Shown here one piece after another: positions 1 through 12,863 of a stretch of 64,000 nucleotides of DNA. The number at the start of each line of letters is the position of its first letter. Position 1 is the stretch's first letter. Origin of the DNA: Tubulanus polymorphus (lineage: Eukaryota > Animalia > Nemertea); NCBI RefSeq assembly GCF_964204645.1, contig NC_134026.1, positions 31,096,150 to 31,160,149 on the forward strand. The letters run 5' to 3'. Position numbers and translations under genes: made by a program. Below the pieces are notes generated by a model. The model was given only the letters and a program-made list of their open reading frames with translations. It was not told where the DNA came from and made no database searches.

Positions 1-779
1 AACAATTTTACCCTGGTGGCTTAAAACAGTTCAAAATAAAAACATTAAAACCTACAAATTCACTCACTCTGGAAAGCGTATGGTTAACTAATTAATCTTA
101 ATTATTATTAGAAAACTAAAATCATTGCCAAATTTTCCTCGTCTTTAAGAGATTTCTTCAAACATTATCAACTACTTTTTTCACAAATTTTACATTTGAA
201 ACAAAGCAGGGTCTGATTTAAGCAGAGATGAGAAACTCAGATTCCCTCTGGAACTCTTAGTATCAATTAATCATTACTTTCACTAGAAAACTAGAATTTT
301 GCTAATTTTGCCTTGTCTTAAAGATTTCCAAACACCTCGACATTACATACTAAGTATTTTGACGTTTTTCCTGGCAGCTTCAACATAATTATACAATCGG
401 TAACTAATCAATAACATCAATAACTTTCTAAAAAGTAAAATGTATGTACCAGATTTTAGATAGTAAGTCTACCCCAGTATAACAATAAACAGTCGCAGCA
501 GTGATTGAGCGCGGCTAGTTGAAAGGACGGGTCGATCTTTCATCACAGTTATTCAAAGCATTCTATCATATCGGTTATTTTTTTAAAATGTTTTCTATTT
601 AGTTAAGGTTTATGGTTATTTGTTTTGTTCATTACAATAACTGAGTTGATAGAATGCTTTGAATAACAACAGAAAAGATCTCGGGTTTTCGCTATACTTA
701 GGGAAGGTTGTTCGATAAATGAAGAACCTTGTTGATAAATATTTGAAAAAATGCCTTTTCATGTAAATAGAATATTAAT

Positions 780-1950
780 TTGTTGTTTGTTTGTATTGTT
801 GTTTATTCTACTTATCATTTATTGGTTTTTTTTTATTTTTTAGAATTAATTTATGTACTTGTAGTTTGTAGTTATGTATTATTTATACTCCTCTATTTAC
901 AACTGCAGGCATTTTTTCACTGTAAAGTTCTGGGCCCATTTTAAGAAAGCGCTACTGATTCACTGCCACTCCTTAATAATCATTATACACCCGATTTGAA
1001 GCTAAGTGATTATTCACGAGAGCCATCTCGTGATATGGATTTACCCATTACAATTAAAGAAGTTCAAACAGCTATAAACAATGTTAAAACGTTAAAAATT
1101 AGTCCTAGCTATAACTTTATGCCTTGTTATTCCTAGCTTTACCTCTCAAATGTAAATAATGGTCTCCTTTCAGATAAAGCTTTAGTTTTCAAATACGTAG
1201 ATATGATCATCAAACAGATTGATGGAGGCTTAAATCGAAATCTACGATTTGTTTTAAAATTTTTCAAATTGGTTACCTTCGAAAATATCAATGCCATCAA
1301 ATTTGTACATCTACAATTCAGCAAATAGTTAATATTTGTACATCAACACTGGTCTAACGTTATGTTCTATGTTTCCTAACTATGTGATATCTACACGGAC
1401 TTATGTTTAACTATGGTAAGTTGGAAGATTAAACTCACAATTCATGTTGAAAGTGTATCTCAGTTTAGGAGTTAACTCAACAAACCTACGAGTCAAAACT
1501 AGGCACTCAACATGACCATTTACCCCTAGTGACAAACCTAACTTGTCTTATCTATCGACCAAGGATCGAAGACCAAAATCGTGCATTAATGGAGCTTAGC
1601 TTTTATTAGACTCTCACATTGCATAAACATTATCAAATAGTTTCCTCGAAAACACCATATTATCCATCAGACTGGTTTGAAAAAGGTGATAAGCAAAAAA
1701 ATCAATACTTTACTACAGAAATCCGCTATTGTCTTCGCCGCTCCTGGATCTCAGTGTTTATAACATGCACTATTATCTATGCTGCTCCTAATAAGATACA
1801 CTATTGTCTTTGCTGCTTTTAAAACAGTGTTTATCCTGAATCAGTGTTTATGAGATAATCCATTAGCTTTGTCACTTGAATCAGTGTTTATAAGATTCAC
1901 TATTGTCTCTGCTGCTCCTGATATCTAATGTTTTATAGAAATCAACCACC
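780..1950 (+). repeat. Left arm of a diverged inverted duplication (partner ~7930-9345); contains a degenerate non-LTR RT-like stretch
   Basis: CCGATTTGAAGCTAAGTGAT (~991) is the reverse complement of ATCACTTAGCTTCAAATCGG (~9149). The GGGCCCATTTT and AGTGTTTATAAGATTCACTA/GCTGCTCC blocks are also mirrored. The + frame reads DMDLPITIKEVQTAINNVK, resembling the LINE ORF2 region upstream of RT. Confidence 0.7.
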
Positions 1951-2394
1951 GATTGTAGAAGAATCCATCATTGAGTGATTAATCCGTTGCTGGATCCTCA
2001 ATTTTTCATCTGGGCTTCTGCAGTTTTCATCAGCAAATGGGTCGATCAGTATTCATCTACTTGTGAGTGTCTTCTTCAGGCCAATTTTTCCGAGATGTAG
2101 TTTGGCTGAAACAAAGTGAAGAAAGCAAAACATTTCAGACAGATTTATCATAATTTACGTGTCATTTCAAATTACAAGCCAACCTGTTTTTCACAAAGTA
2201 AAATTCATTGACGTCAATTGCTGATTTAAACCCCAATAATTAATTGCAGTAGTAGGACTAGTTCATCACTGTTTAATACTAGTGAAGATAAAAGTTCAGC
2301 CATGTGGACAGGTAAATAGATTGCGATGATAGCCACTTATGAAATGATATTCATTTGAGGACTGAAATTTCTATATACAGGTAATTTCATGTAT

Positions 2395-3320
2395 ATCAAC
2401 TTACCTTAAAAGATTGCTGGGTTCAGTTCTGGCCTTTTCTGTGCACCGTTCCAGTTTGTAGATTTTGGATTGGTTGATGCAATTGGTTGATGCATTTGAT
2501 TCAAGCTTGGATGTTCAGTGGGCGGAGCTTATCTGTAGATTTTTGATGAGTCATTGATTTAAAGCTGGGTAGTTTCATATAGATAGGATTTAGCTGAAAT
2601 GAGCAAACAAATATATCCTGTAATGACAAAATATTTCATTTAGAATTTATCGACATAATTCCACATATATCAAGTTACCTTTTATGATTGCTGGTTTCAT
2701 TATCGGCGATTATCTTATTAATTGGTTAGTTAATGAGTTGTATTCTAGTTGGCCTCATCTGTGCACTGTTCCAGTTGGTCGATTTTGGACGAGTAGTTGA
2801 TCTCAAGCTGGGTTTTTTCTTATAGTTGAAATTTAGCTGCAATGATTAAAAGAAGATATCCTGTAATGAAAAAATATTTCATTTAGAATTTATCGAAATA
2901 ATTCCATGTATATCAAGTTACCTTTTATGATTGCTTGGCTATCGGCGATTATCCTATTAGTTGGTTAGTTAGTTGGCCTCATCTGTGCACTGTTCCAGTT
3001 GGTCGATTTTGGACGAGTAGTTGATCTCAAACTGGGTTTTTCTCATAGTTGAAATTTGGCTGCAATGATTAAAAGATATCCCGTAATGACAAAATATTTT
3101 ATTCAGAATTTATCGAAATAATTTCATGTATATCAAGTTACCTTTAATGATTGCTATGTTCTTAATCGGCGTGGATCATCTTAAGTTTGTTTGTTGATAA
3201 GTTGGATTCTTGTTGGCCTCATCTGTGCGCTGTTCCAGTTGGTCGATTTTAGATGAGTAGTTGATCTCAAACTGGTTTTTTCTCATAGTTGAAATTTAGC
3301 TGCAATGATTAAAAGAAGAT
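2395..3320 (-). repeat. About four tandem ~220-270 bp units, each an exon+intron-like module
   Basis: Recurring AGTTACCTTT (minus-strand AAG|GTAACT donor) and AGCTGCAATGA/AGCTGAAATGA (minus-strand CAG| acceptor), with shared internal sequence TGTTCCAGTTGGTCGATTTT. Confidence 0.75.
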
Positions 3321-3969
3321 AAATAGAAGCGAGAAAATTTTGGTGGTTCATAATGTGAGGACCCATAGGTCGAAAAGTACATCGAGATGAGTCGCAAAAA
3401 ACGGCAACACTTCCAGGAAGGATTGAACTTTTATATATTTCAATTCCAAGTATGCAAATTCTCATATATGAAAACGTACCATTACTTAGTGCTAAAAAGC
3501 AGGGTTTTTACGTGTTTTTCAAGAATAAGTCCCCTAAAAATAACTTGATCACTATGAAATTTTTGTTGGCTCGAGAACTCATTATAAGCCAAACCATGAC
3601 ACCAAAAATCAACAGCCAATGTTTATGCCTTGTTGACACACCGGTACTCTATTCATTTTCAATGAAAACTGCTTCTCCAGACCATTTGCATAGGTAAACC
3701 TACGGTTCGCCAAAAATCAACTTACATTTCAAGTTTGCTGGGTTCAGTATCGGTTAAAATGTTCTAAGTTCGTATCAAATATCAAATTACCTTTTATGAT
3801 GGCTGGGTTCATTATCGGAGGATCTCCTAAGTTGGTTGGTTGAGTTTCATCCAAATTGGCCCCTTCTGTGCACTGTTCTCTAATCGGCAGATCTTAGTTG
3901 ATGAGCTCTCGTTCGACTTTTTGAGTTGGTGTCCCTTACGATCGTGACACACCTGCCAGGAGCGAAACA

Positions 3970-4360
3970 GGCGGGAATTGAAGTACAGATATAGTTGGTT
4001 GATCGTCGGTCGATTTTACATCATTTTTTTCGGAATCGAAGTACAGATATAGTTGTGTGATCGTCGTTCGATTTTACATCATTTTTTTCGGAATCGAAGT
4101 ACAGATATAGTTGTGTGATCGTCGGTCGATTTTAAATAATTTCTTTTCGATAATTTTACAATATTTGGTCTTTTTTCACGTAGTCCGAAAGGTTACAAGG
4201 TTGAAGATGATTTTGTCTAAACGTTTTTTTCGAAATCGGAGTACAGATATAGTTGTGTGATCGTCGGTCTATTTTACATCATTTTTTTGGGAATCGAAGT
4301 ACAGATATAGTTGTGTGATCGTCGGTCGATTTTACTTAATCTTTTTTCAAAATCGAAGTA
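3970..4360. repeat. ~57-bp tandem repeat, about 5 copies, interrupted
   Basis: GAATCGAAGTACAGATATAGTTGTGTGATCGTCGGTCGATTTTAC recurs. Confidence 0.85.
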
Positions 4361-4597
4361 CTTCTTTGTCTTCTTGGGTTTCGTCGAAGCTGAAATTGAG
4401 AAAAAGAAAAACATTTTGTAGTCACACATTTCTTCATCATTAATCCTAATTTACATGGGTATCAACTTAACTTTCAAGATTGCCGAGTTCAGTGTTCTTT
4501 TTTCGGCATCGTCTTCTTTGTAGTCGCCTTCAGCATCTTCTTCATCTTGGGAGTCCTGAAATAAAAAAAAAGAGAAGAGCGATGAAAACCTGGTACG

Positions 4598-5392
4598 GAA
4601 CAAAACTAATGTCCGAAAGCTTTACAGCTCTCCGTCGCCGGTCACATGCCGAGAACACCAGACAATGAGCCAGCCAGGAATATACTGCCCTCTACACGCC
4701 CTCACACAGAACGCGAAAACCAGAATGACAACGCCTCACATTCCCCATCTAACTGCAGGGTGTACTGGGCGACGTCAGTAACTGACAAACCTGTAAAATT
4801 GCACGAAACACAAATAGCGCAGTACAACCAGCTTGACCGGGTTGAGATTCAGGATCTCAACTAGCACCCAAAAGCGTGACAAGAGACTTCATCCACTGAC
4901 CGAGGTTGTCACAAGGACACAATGAAACTAGCACTCACAAGCCGACGAGAGACTTCATCCACTGACCGAGGTTATCACAAGGACACAATGAAAACTAGCA
5001 CTCAAACTAGAAATCAAAGAGCGTGACAGTAGAATCATCCCTCAGCCGACTCAGAATACCAGAAACAAAGAGCGTGACAGTAGAATCATCCCTCATCCGG
5101 GCGGTCACAAGGACACAATGGATGCTAGTAGCGTGACAATCCAGTATAACCGCTCCATTTGTATCCCGCGCAATCCCACAGATATGCCCGTCATTGACAT
5201 CACTCAGCACACTTTGTAGATAGGTGGGGGCAGTGAGGCCTCGTCATCCTGGTTTTCGTGTTCCGTATGAGGGTGTGTAGAGGGCAGCCATTTCCTGACC
5301 GACTCTTTGTCTGACATCCTCGACACGTGACCGGCGAAGGAGAGCCGACGCTTTCGGACATTAGTTTTGTTCCAGCAAACGTTGAAATTCGA
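4598..5392. mobile_element. Inverted pair (4598-4770 +, 5212-5392 -) of short non-LTR retrotransposon-like 3' fragments
   Basis: ACAAAACTAATGTCCGAAAGC...CTGCCCTCTACAC is mirrored. The minus copy translates RKRRLSFAGHVSRMSDKESVRKWL, like the RRLxFAGHVxRM motif C-terminal of RT in RTE-type LINEs. Confidence 0.6.
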
Positions 5393-7314
5393 CAGAGAAA
5401 TCGGCCCTGAAAAATAAAACGGGTTAATTGCTGAAAAATAGAACGGATTAATGAACACATAACAGTACAGGACAGCACGGAGACGAACAGTAACACATAA
5501 AACATAAAGACGTCGTTCCTCAGGAAGCAGGAACAGGAGCAGGAGCGGGAGCGCAGCGAAAATCGCCAGGAGGAGAATCCACGGTAGCATGTTCACAGTG
5601 TGAGTGTGCAGAGGTGAATGGTCTATGCTTGTGTACACCAGTGGTCAGCCAGTGACGTATTCAATAGCGCGTGTCAGAATGATATCAACAACTCTGAAAA
5701 ACGGCAATTGTGTCTCTATTGTTGAATGGATTTACATTGAGAGCTTATAGAAGTTGAATGAAAAGGTTCAATTGCCGGGTTGAATACACGCCAGTAGCCA
5801 GCTGAACAATATCGTGGAACTTTAATAAGGCCATAAAAATAAATTTCTTTGATTCTCAACAGCTCCCCTCCTAATTTAGCTGCCGCCTGTTTTTTTTTCT
5901 TAAATTTTAGAATGATTTATTGAAATCAAAGAATAAAAACGTTAACATTTATTGATGAAAACCTCTAGCTTCATTTCTCATAAATCCATAGATACCCCGA
6001 AGTGGTGGCATTAAATAATTCCAAGTTCAAGGCTAAACAAAAATGATACTTTGTTTCTTCAGTTCATTTCTATAGCGGCCGGGTCTGTTATGGTAAAATA
6101 GATCACGATTCTAAAAAACAGTAATGTCCAAGGTAGATGGGCGGCCGGGTCAAGTTTTAAGCTCAGCAGAGCGGAGAAAAAATTTTGTTGAAGTTTTGTT
6201 GAAGTGAATAAATTGTCTAACAAACTTCATACACAGTGTACGATCGATAATTCTGTAATGTACAAAAAGGTTAATCCCAGTACAAGGGTGAAGGGTTCAT
6301 CTGAAGTCATGTGATGCTTAGCCGCAACAGGATCTGTCTTCTGTTCGTGGACACCAAGACGATAAACTAGCATATAAAGTACAACCACTTAGTTTCATCT
6401 TATGAGGATTTTGTTCCCCGGCATAAAGGACGATCCCCTACATTATAGTTCACACGATGTAAGTGGAATGTATTCATGATTAATCATCATTTCATGCTGT
6501 TATCACAGAGATCCCGTACCTGTAGGGCCGTATTCAGGGGGGGGGGGTGCGAACGCTCCTAACCCCAAAAGTTCGAGTGCCGCTTCATATTTTCCATGCG
6601 TTATGTGTTGTTTATATGTCTTACAATTTATGTGGTTGGTATCCTGTTGTTTTGTCAACAATTTTAAATGTTAAATGTTATTCCAATTTGTATAGGCCTC
6701 ATCAGTAGTACGCACATGGGTCAAAGATCATGATGGCATGGTGGACCCATTGCATAGAATGATTCTATGCAATGTTTCATCATGGGATTCCTCAAATGCA
6801 AATGATTTGAAAAAATAAACGTTACATTTTAAATCACGAATTTTCTAAATGAGTCGATCTTAGGTTTTTTGATTTCATAGATAAGTTTTCTGTGGGTTGG
6901 AAGCATTATTGATTACATTGCTATGAGGTGATGATCATCAAATCAAATTTTCAGATTATGAAAAATAATTTAGATTCTGCCGTACATGGACAATGTCAGA
7001 AAGCCCTCAGAATACACCTTAGAGTGCCTTAAATAGATGAAAAAAAATTTAGACAGGGCTGCATACCCATAGACAGGGCTGCATATGGCCCAGCCGTCAA
7101 TAGACAGATTTTCATAAAAACTCCTTGATTCAATTGAGGGGAGAAATATTAGGCTTTTTTTAATCACTCGGAGCACGGATCTTCTGAAATTACTGCCAAA
7201 AACTTCATGCTTACCACTCATGATTTGAAAAAAAAATTTTTCTTTAATTTTGATACTAGATTAAACGGTCAAGTCCATATAAAGAATTTCGTTTCTTGTT
7301 TATCTCTGTTTTAG

Positions 7315-7812
7315 GTTGTCGAGTGTTTAATAGAATTAGGGGTTGATTGTAATCAAGGTGAAGGTCAGGATACTCCGATCTGCTACGCCTGTCGACATCA
7401 GAACGAGGCTATGGTACAGTATATATCGATGTATCGAGTATCAGTGACTCCAGTGAGAGAGCAAGCCAGTCCAGTTTATATCTACTGAAATCCATAAATC
7501 TGATCTGGCTGAGCTCATTTTCATCTTAAGATCAGTTTTAGATAAGAACATGCTATGAGTGTCCCTAAGACCAATCGCAGAAGCATCTTGTATCTAGATC
7601 TTGACTGGAATTAACCCTACACTGATTTATAGCTAGAAATTATCAAATTTGCCAAATTTAAAGGTTAACTTTCTTTGAGGTCCGACTGTGTAGTGGTTGT
7701 ATATATTTTCAGGGTATCAATGATGTACAAACTGCGCTGAAATTAAGTTTAGATTTAGAAGCTCATAATATTACAGGCATGCTGCTTCATCATATGGGAT
7801 TTGATAAAGAAG
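7315..7812 (+). pseudogene. Two in-frame LRRK2-like ankyrin-region exons (7315-7452, 7713-7812); apparently an orphan gene fragment
   Basis: Both are bounded by AG/GT. The join reads VVECLIELGVDCNQGEGQDTPICYACRHQNEAMVQY...GINDVQTALKLSLDLEAHNITGMLLHHMGFDKE, resembling the LRRK2 ankyrin region. No further intact exons were found. Confidence 0.6.
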
Positions 7813-7929
7813 GTATCTTACGATCAAGTTTATTCCATATGCTAGGTGTATAATGGTGACGTCACGTCAGTGTTTTATCATGCGGTAACTTTGACAATTT
7901 GAAATGTTCAGAGATATTTCCACTTGATG

Positions 7930-9345
7930 AGGAACTAGTGAATCGTCGTATAAACACCGACTCAGGAGCAGCTAGTGAATCTTATAAACACTCGAGGAGC
8001 AGCTAGTGCCTATTATAAACACTCGAGGAGCAACTCGTGCCTATTATATAAACACTGACTCAGGAGCAGCAAGTGCATCTTATAAACACTTTGATGAGCA
8101 GCTAGTGAATCTTATAAACACCGACTCAGGAGCAGCTAGTGCATCTTATAAACACTAAGGAGCAACAGAGACAATAGTGGACTTCAAAGTGTAGTAAAGT
8201 AATGATTTATTTTTACACTTCACACTGGTCTAGTCAGAAATGTAGTTCACGAAATTTACCAGATTACAGTCTACTTAGGTAGTGGTATAGAACAGAGTAT
8301 GAATTATTTAATGAATGAAGTTAGGATAATTAGGGTTCTGTGGTCTTAGAAGGAACTATCTACCTTTGAATATTTCAATAAAATCCCTTCCATATTGATT
8401 GGGTGAACTATTTTCGAGAGGACTAATGAATTTGTATACAGTCCATCTGTTTTGTAATCTGATTTAAGTTCCTTCTTAGTCTCATAAAATCTAGCTGCAT
8501 GATTTTGATCTTTGCTCCCAGATAGATTAGTTTAAGTTAGGTCAGTGACGCTGTTTAAATGATCGCGTCCACTGCCAAGTTTCGACTCATGTCGGTTGAG
8601 TTGCGCCTTAACAAAGATATGATATGAATATGATATTGGGAACTTAAGATGATTTTTTTTTATACTTAGTTGAGCATAACTTTGAATGATTTGTGATACC
8701 AATGACATATAAACCTGGATGAATTGGTTTTTTAGTCCTCTATCAACCAATCTTAGAAATAGTGGTTCATTTTATATTTCCTTAGTGTGAAATAATGTGC
8801 TTAGCCTGAACCTTAATTAGTCAGGATTTTAAAGAGTTGTATGTGCGAAAATATGTCGACATAAAATTTTAGACTTTTAGATGCAATAAAAAAGTTGACC
8901 AATGAGTTGACTATTTCGATTTTCACCTAGAGTTCTAACTTGTCGATGATCGGACCTGTTTACTTGAAAACCATAACTTCATCTTAAAGGAGATTTTTGT
9001 ATTCACATAAGAGAGGTATAGCCAGGAAGAAGTTGGTCTTAAGTGAAAGCTAAGAATAACTTTCAACGTTTAATTAGTTGATAGCTGTTTTCACTTCCAT
9101 CGTAAATGTGTACATCCAAATCACGAGGTTGAGTGGCTTTCATAGATGATCACTTAGCTTCAAATCGGTGTGTTTCATTGTAAACGATTATTTACATACA
9201 ACAGTGAATTGATAGCGCTTTTCGAAAAATGGGCCCGGTAGAAAAAAAAGTGCTTGATGATGTAAACAGAGGAGTATAAATAATACACAATACAAAATAC
9301 ATAGTACATTAATAAATGAAAAATAAACACTTAAATGATAAATTC
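7930..9345 (-). repeat. Right arm of the inverted duplication, including a short GGAGCAGCTAGTG...TATAAACAC tandem array (7930-8180)
   Basis: Reverse-complement similarity to 780-1950 at several collinear blocks. Confidence 0.7.
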
Positions 9346-11674
9346 TTTGAGTATAATACCTGTCACTTAGCAGCGTATAATAGTTGTCATCAGTATAAAA
9401 CGACATGTTCATCATCATAACTCTTCAATTGTTAATAGTTTAGTTTATAGCAAATTTTTCACCATTGTATAGAATCAAGTGGTTCATGCGATAGCGATTT
9501 AATTAAGGTCCTATCGTAAAATAGAGTAGAGTTTTTTTATAAATGAGGATATATGAACATTAGTAAATTGTCCTAGTTTATAGTTTATATGTCCATTATG
9601 GTTGGACTTTTTTGAAATACAGTCATCGTGGTTGAGGAACTTACATTATAATTCTTAATAATCTGGCATTTTCTATAATTGTTGTATGGAAATAAATATG
9701 ATTCACGTTAAAACATTTCAATCGTTTCATAAAGTTTTTAGCAACAATCAAAAGGTTGATTCAAATGAAGCCCTTGGGCTTGGCCCTGTTTTGTTTATTT
9801 CATCGTTGTTTCTACCATGAGTTTTCTTCGAAAAGTGGATGTATTAGGATCGTATCGGCATGGGCCTGGCATCGAATTCATGTTATTACCAGACGTGAAA
9901 CATCGGATTCTACTTTTTTAAGAGATTGTTTATTTCTACCGATCTTCATCCATCCTCGCTTTCCAGGGGTCCGGTATCACTCCCGAGCTTCCACCAGCTC
10001 GGGGAACAGCTTTAGCGTAGTGGGTTCGGATCCCTTGACGGGTGAAGATGATCTTCACCATAGTAGGGTCCAAAAAAGTTCGGCTTCCACTTGTACCTTC
10101 GATTTCTGTTGCAGTCGTCACATTGGCTCCCTCACCGATAATCATCTAATTTTTCTGACTTTATAAAAACGAACTTTCCGATCCATAATTCGGGCAGTTC
10201 GCTTATTGGACACTATTACCACCAGTGGCCCACGAGAGCAGTTTGTCTAAATTTGGCGTGCATATTTTTAACCGATCATCCGCCCCGCTAGCCATGAGGC
10301 TTGCGTGAGGGTGAAAATACTATCTATTAATATTCTGACACTAAATACACCTTTTTCCATACACTTTCTAAACTTCCTGCCACGAAGTGACGTCTAAGGC
10401 TAGCTTCATGTCGACGCCTAGACCAACGCAACCGGCCGGATAATCGCCGATCAGCGCCACATAAACACAGCGTTTTCAAACTTCGAAGCATTTTCAAACT
10501 TCAAAAGAAAAGATGCCATTGACCGCAATTCAAGAATGGCCAGTGACCTACCTGCAATACCTTTTGAAATCATTCCCCGAAGCTTTTGTTATTTGTGATG
10601 CAACCAATCACCGGCTACGAATTTTAAGGGGGTCAGTTAAAAACTGGTGGGCGCTCCTACAAGTTGTCATTACACTTGGAAATTCTACACGGCGAAGAAG
10701 TCTCTGTCGCTGGATATTGCTCAGATAGGACACGTTTTAGAAAAAGAGAATTTACATTAAATTGTAACAAACGCGGCTGAGCTGATAAACTATTTGTTAT
10801 TAATACAACTGGTTTTTGGCAACAGGACACGGAATTTAAAAATGACTTTAAAATTGACTCTTGGATAAAAGGATTAAATTTTCAAATTGCTGCTCCATGT
10901 TCCGCGTTACAAGGTTGCTGTAAGGTAGGTGGAACATTTATTTAACATTAGCGGTCGAAATTATGTTTTATAGGTTTAGATTTAGGAAAAAATAGTTGCA
11001 CTTTAGGTTAGGGTTAGGTTAGGTTTAATTAACAGGTACCCCAGTGTTACAGCTTCATGGAAGATTCAACAGACTCGCCTACTGATGAAAAACAAGGGCG
11101 GTCCGAATTGAATAAGGTAGGACATATTTCAGCGTGGACTTGTCAACTAGAGTTGATACGTCCATGATTTCAGTGAGAAGAAAAAGACCCCCGGGCCACG
11201 GAAGATCGAACCGGAAGTTGAATGATGATGACAGAGTGGCTTGAAAAAATTCAGGTGCGACTTGTATGACATGTCTAATAGTTCTTGTAGATTAATAGAA
11301 TTAATAGAACGTATGTTAGTTTTAGCTAGTTATTTGACCCCCCAATTAAAACATAATTTCAACCGTTAATTCTTAGGTATTTTGAATATATTTCACAATT
11401 ATCCAACGTCCCCACCCAACCCTCACCCCTCCCCTTAAAACGTAGCTTCCACGGTTTTGTGGGTTAAGCGTGACTTTGGTAGGATGAGGAATTGACGATT
11501 TGGACTTGACAACTTTTTTTTACAAAATAGAAACACCTAAACGTTCCCATGTAGAGCTAGGGGGTTGGACTATCAACCCCCCAAAACACATACAGATAAC
11601 AGTGATACAAATATAAAACAATAGACAAATATTCGTATATAATATTACACATTAAAATGATAGAATTAAATTTT

Positions 11675-12055
11675 TCACGCGCCATTTTATTTTGAAGTCA
11701 TCTCGCGCCATTTTATTTTGAAGTCATCTCGCGCCATTTTATTTGGAGGTAATCTCGCGCAGTTTTATTTTGAAGTAATCTCGCGCCATTTTATTTTGAA
11801 GTAATCTCGCGGGGTTTTATTTGGAGGCAATCTCGCGCCATTTTATTTGTCTTTTTGCGCATCCCGCATACATCAACTCACTCAGTTATGTATTGTAATA
11901 TATGTATTGTATTATGTATTGTATTATGTATTGTACCATGTATTGTATTATGTATTGTACCATGTATTGTATAATGTGTTGTACCATGTATTGTACCAGG
12001 TATTGTATTTTGTATTGTAATATGTATTGTACCATGTATTGCACAATGTATTTGT
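11675..12055. repeat. 26-bp tandem repeat followed by a TGTATTGTA-type simple repeat
   Basis: About 7 copies of TCGCGCCATTTTATTTTGAAGTAATC, then (ATGTATTGTAYY)n. Confidence 0.9.
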
Positions 12056-12124
12056 AATCACCCTGCTCACTCTAATTAGTGTCAGTCTGCTTATACTGTT
12101 GTTTGTCCATTGACTTTACTCATT

Positions 12125-12262
12125 CACCTGATGTAGCCTCTATAGTAGCGAAATATTGATATTCAGTTTATGTTCTTTGTACAAGAAATTAATTAATTAA
12201 TGACTCATTAAACTGATGAAGCTTCTATACATTAGTAGCGAAAGCTCGTGAGTCAAATAAAC
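12125..12262 (+). ncRNA. Penelope-type minimal hammerhead-like motifs, one near-intact (12201-12255) and one degenerate (~12128-12155)
   Basis: TGACTCAT..CTGATGA-A-GCT...AGC-GAAA-GC-TC-GTGAGTCA followed by AATAAA. The upstream copy has CTGATGT..GC-GAAA. Confidence 0.5.
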
Positions 12263-12707
12263 CTATATTGTATACTTATACTTGTCTCGTTATAATTATT
12301 CTAAACCCGGTTTATACCCCAGGCTCCTCTACGGAATAAGGGAACATCGTGTTTTAATTCCTGATTCGGACCCACTGTCGCAGCCTTCGTGGACACAGAG
12401 GACAACTCGGGCTGGATTCGAACCTTGAAAGCAGCAGGCCCATTTCTCTTGGACATTGAGGAAAACTTCTAAGACTATGATTCGATTTTCAGCCTTCTTG
12501 AACAAAGAGAACTTCAGTGGGACAATACTCACAATTCGAACTTGTGGAATGAACCTGTTTTGGAATTTTCTGCGGAAGCTTAATTTTTCTAGAGGAAAAT
12601 AAATCATTTTCATATCGATAACTATTACGACGAGTGATAGGAAAAATTCCGAAACATTTTCATTCCATCACGAGGAGACTGAAATTGACTGGTGACTAAC
12701 GTACGCC

Positions 12708-12863
12708 GGGCGAACTTCGGTTATGTCGCCGAGTCGACTATCTACTCGAACTAAGTGAAACCGAATTAGTCGGAACTATAGTCCGGAAATACTTCGGAAA
12801 TTAAGCGCATTCGGTTATTAGTTCCGACAACTAGTCGACTAGATACGAAAACCGAATTTGGCC
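12708..12863. mobile_element. Small palindromic MITE-like element
   Basis: Imperfect TIRs GGGCGAACTTCGGTT / AACCGAATTTGGCCC with internal symmetry (AGTCGACTA). Confidence 0.5.

Noticed and set aside
8260-9200. Possible LRR exons continuing the LRRK2-like fragment
   Set aside because: Many stops and frameshifts. The segment is the inverted copy of ~900-1700, whose opposite strand looks more like a decayed LINE; identity unresolved.
9936-10728. Short ORFs with faint HECT-like words (LDKLLSWATGG)
   Set aside because: Too short and interrupted to support a call.
12405-12430. tRNA B-box (GGTTCGAATCC on minus; similar at ~41590 and ~41640)
   Set aside because: No cloverleaf or properly spaced A-box could be built; at most SINE-like remnants.
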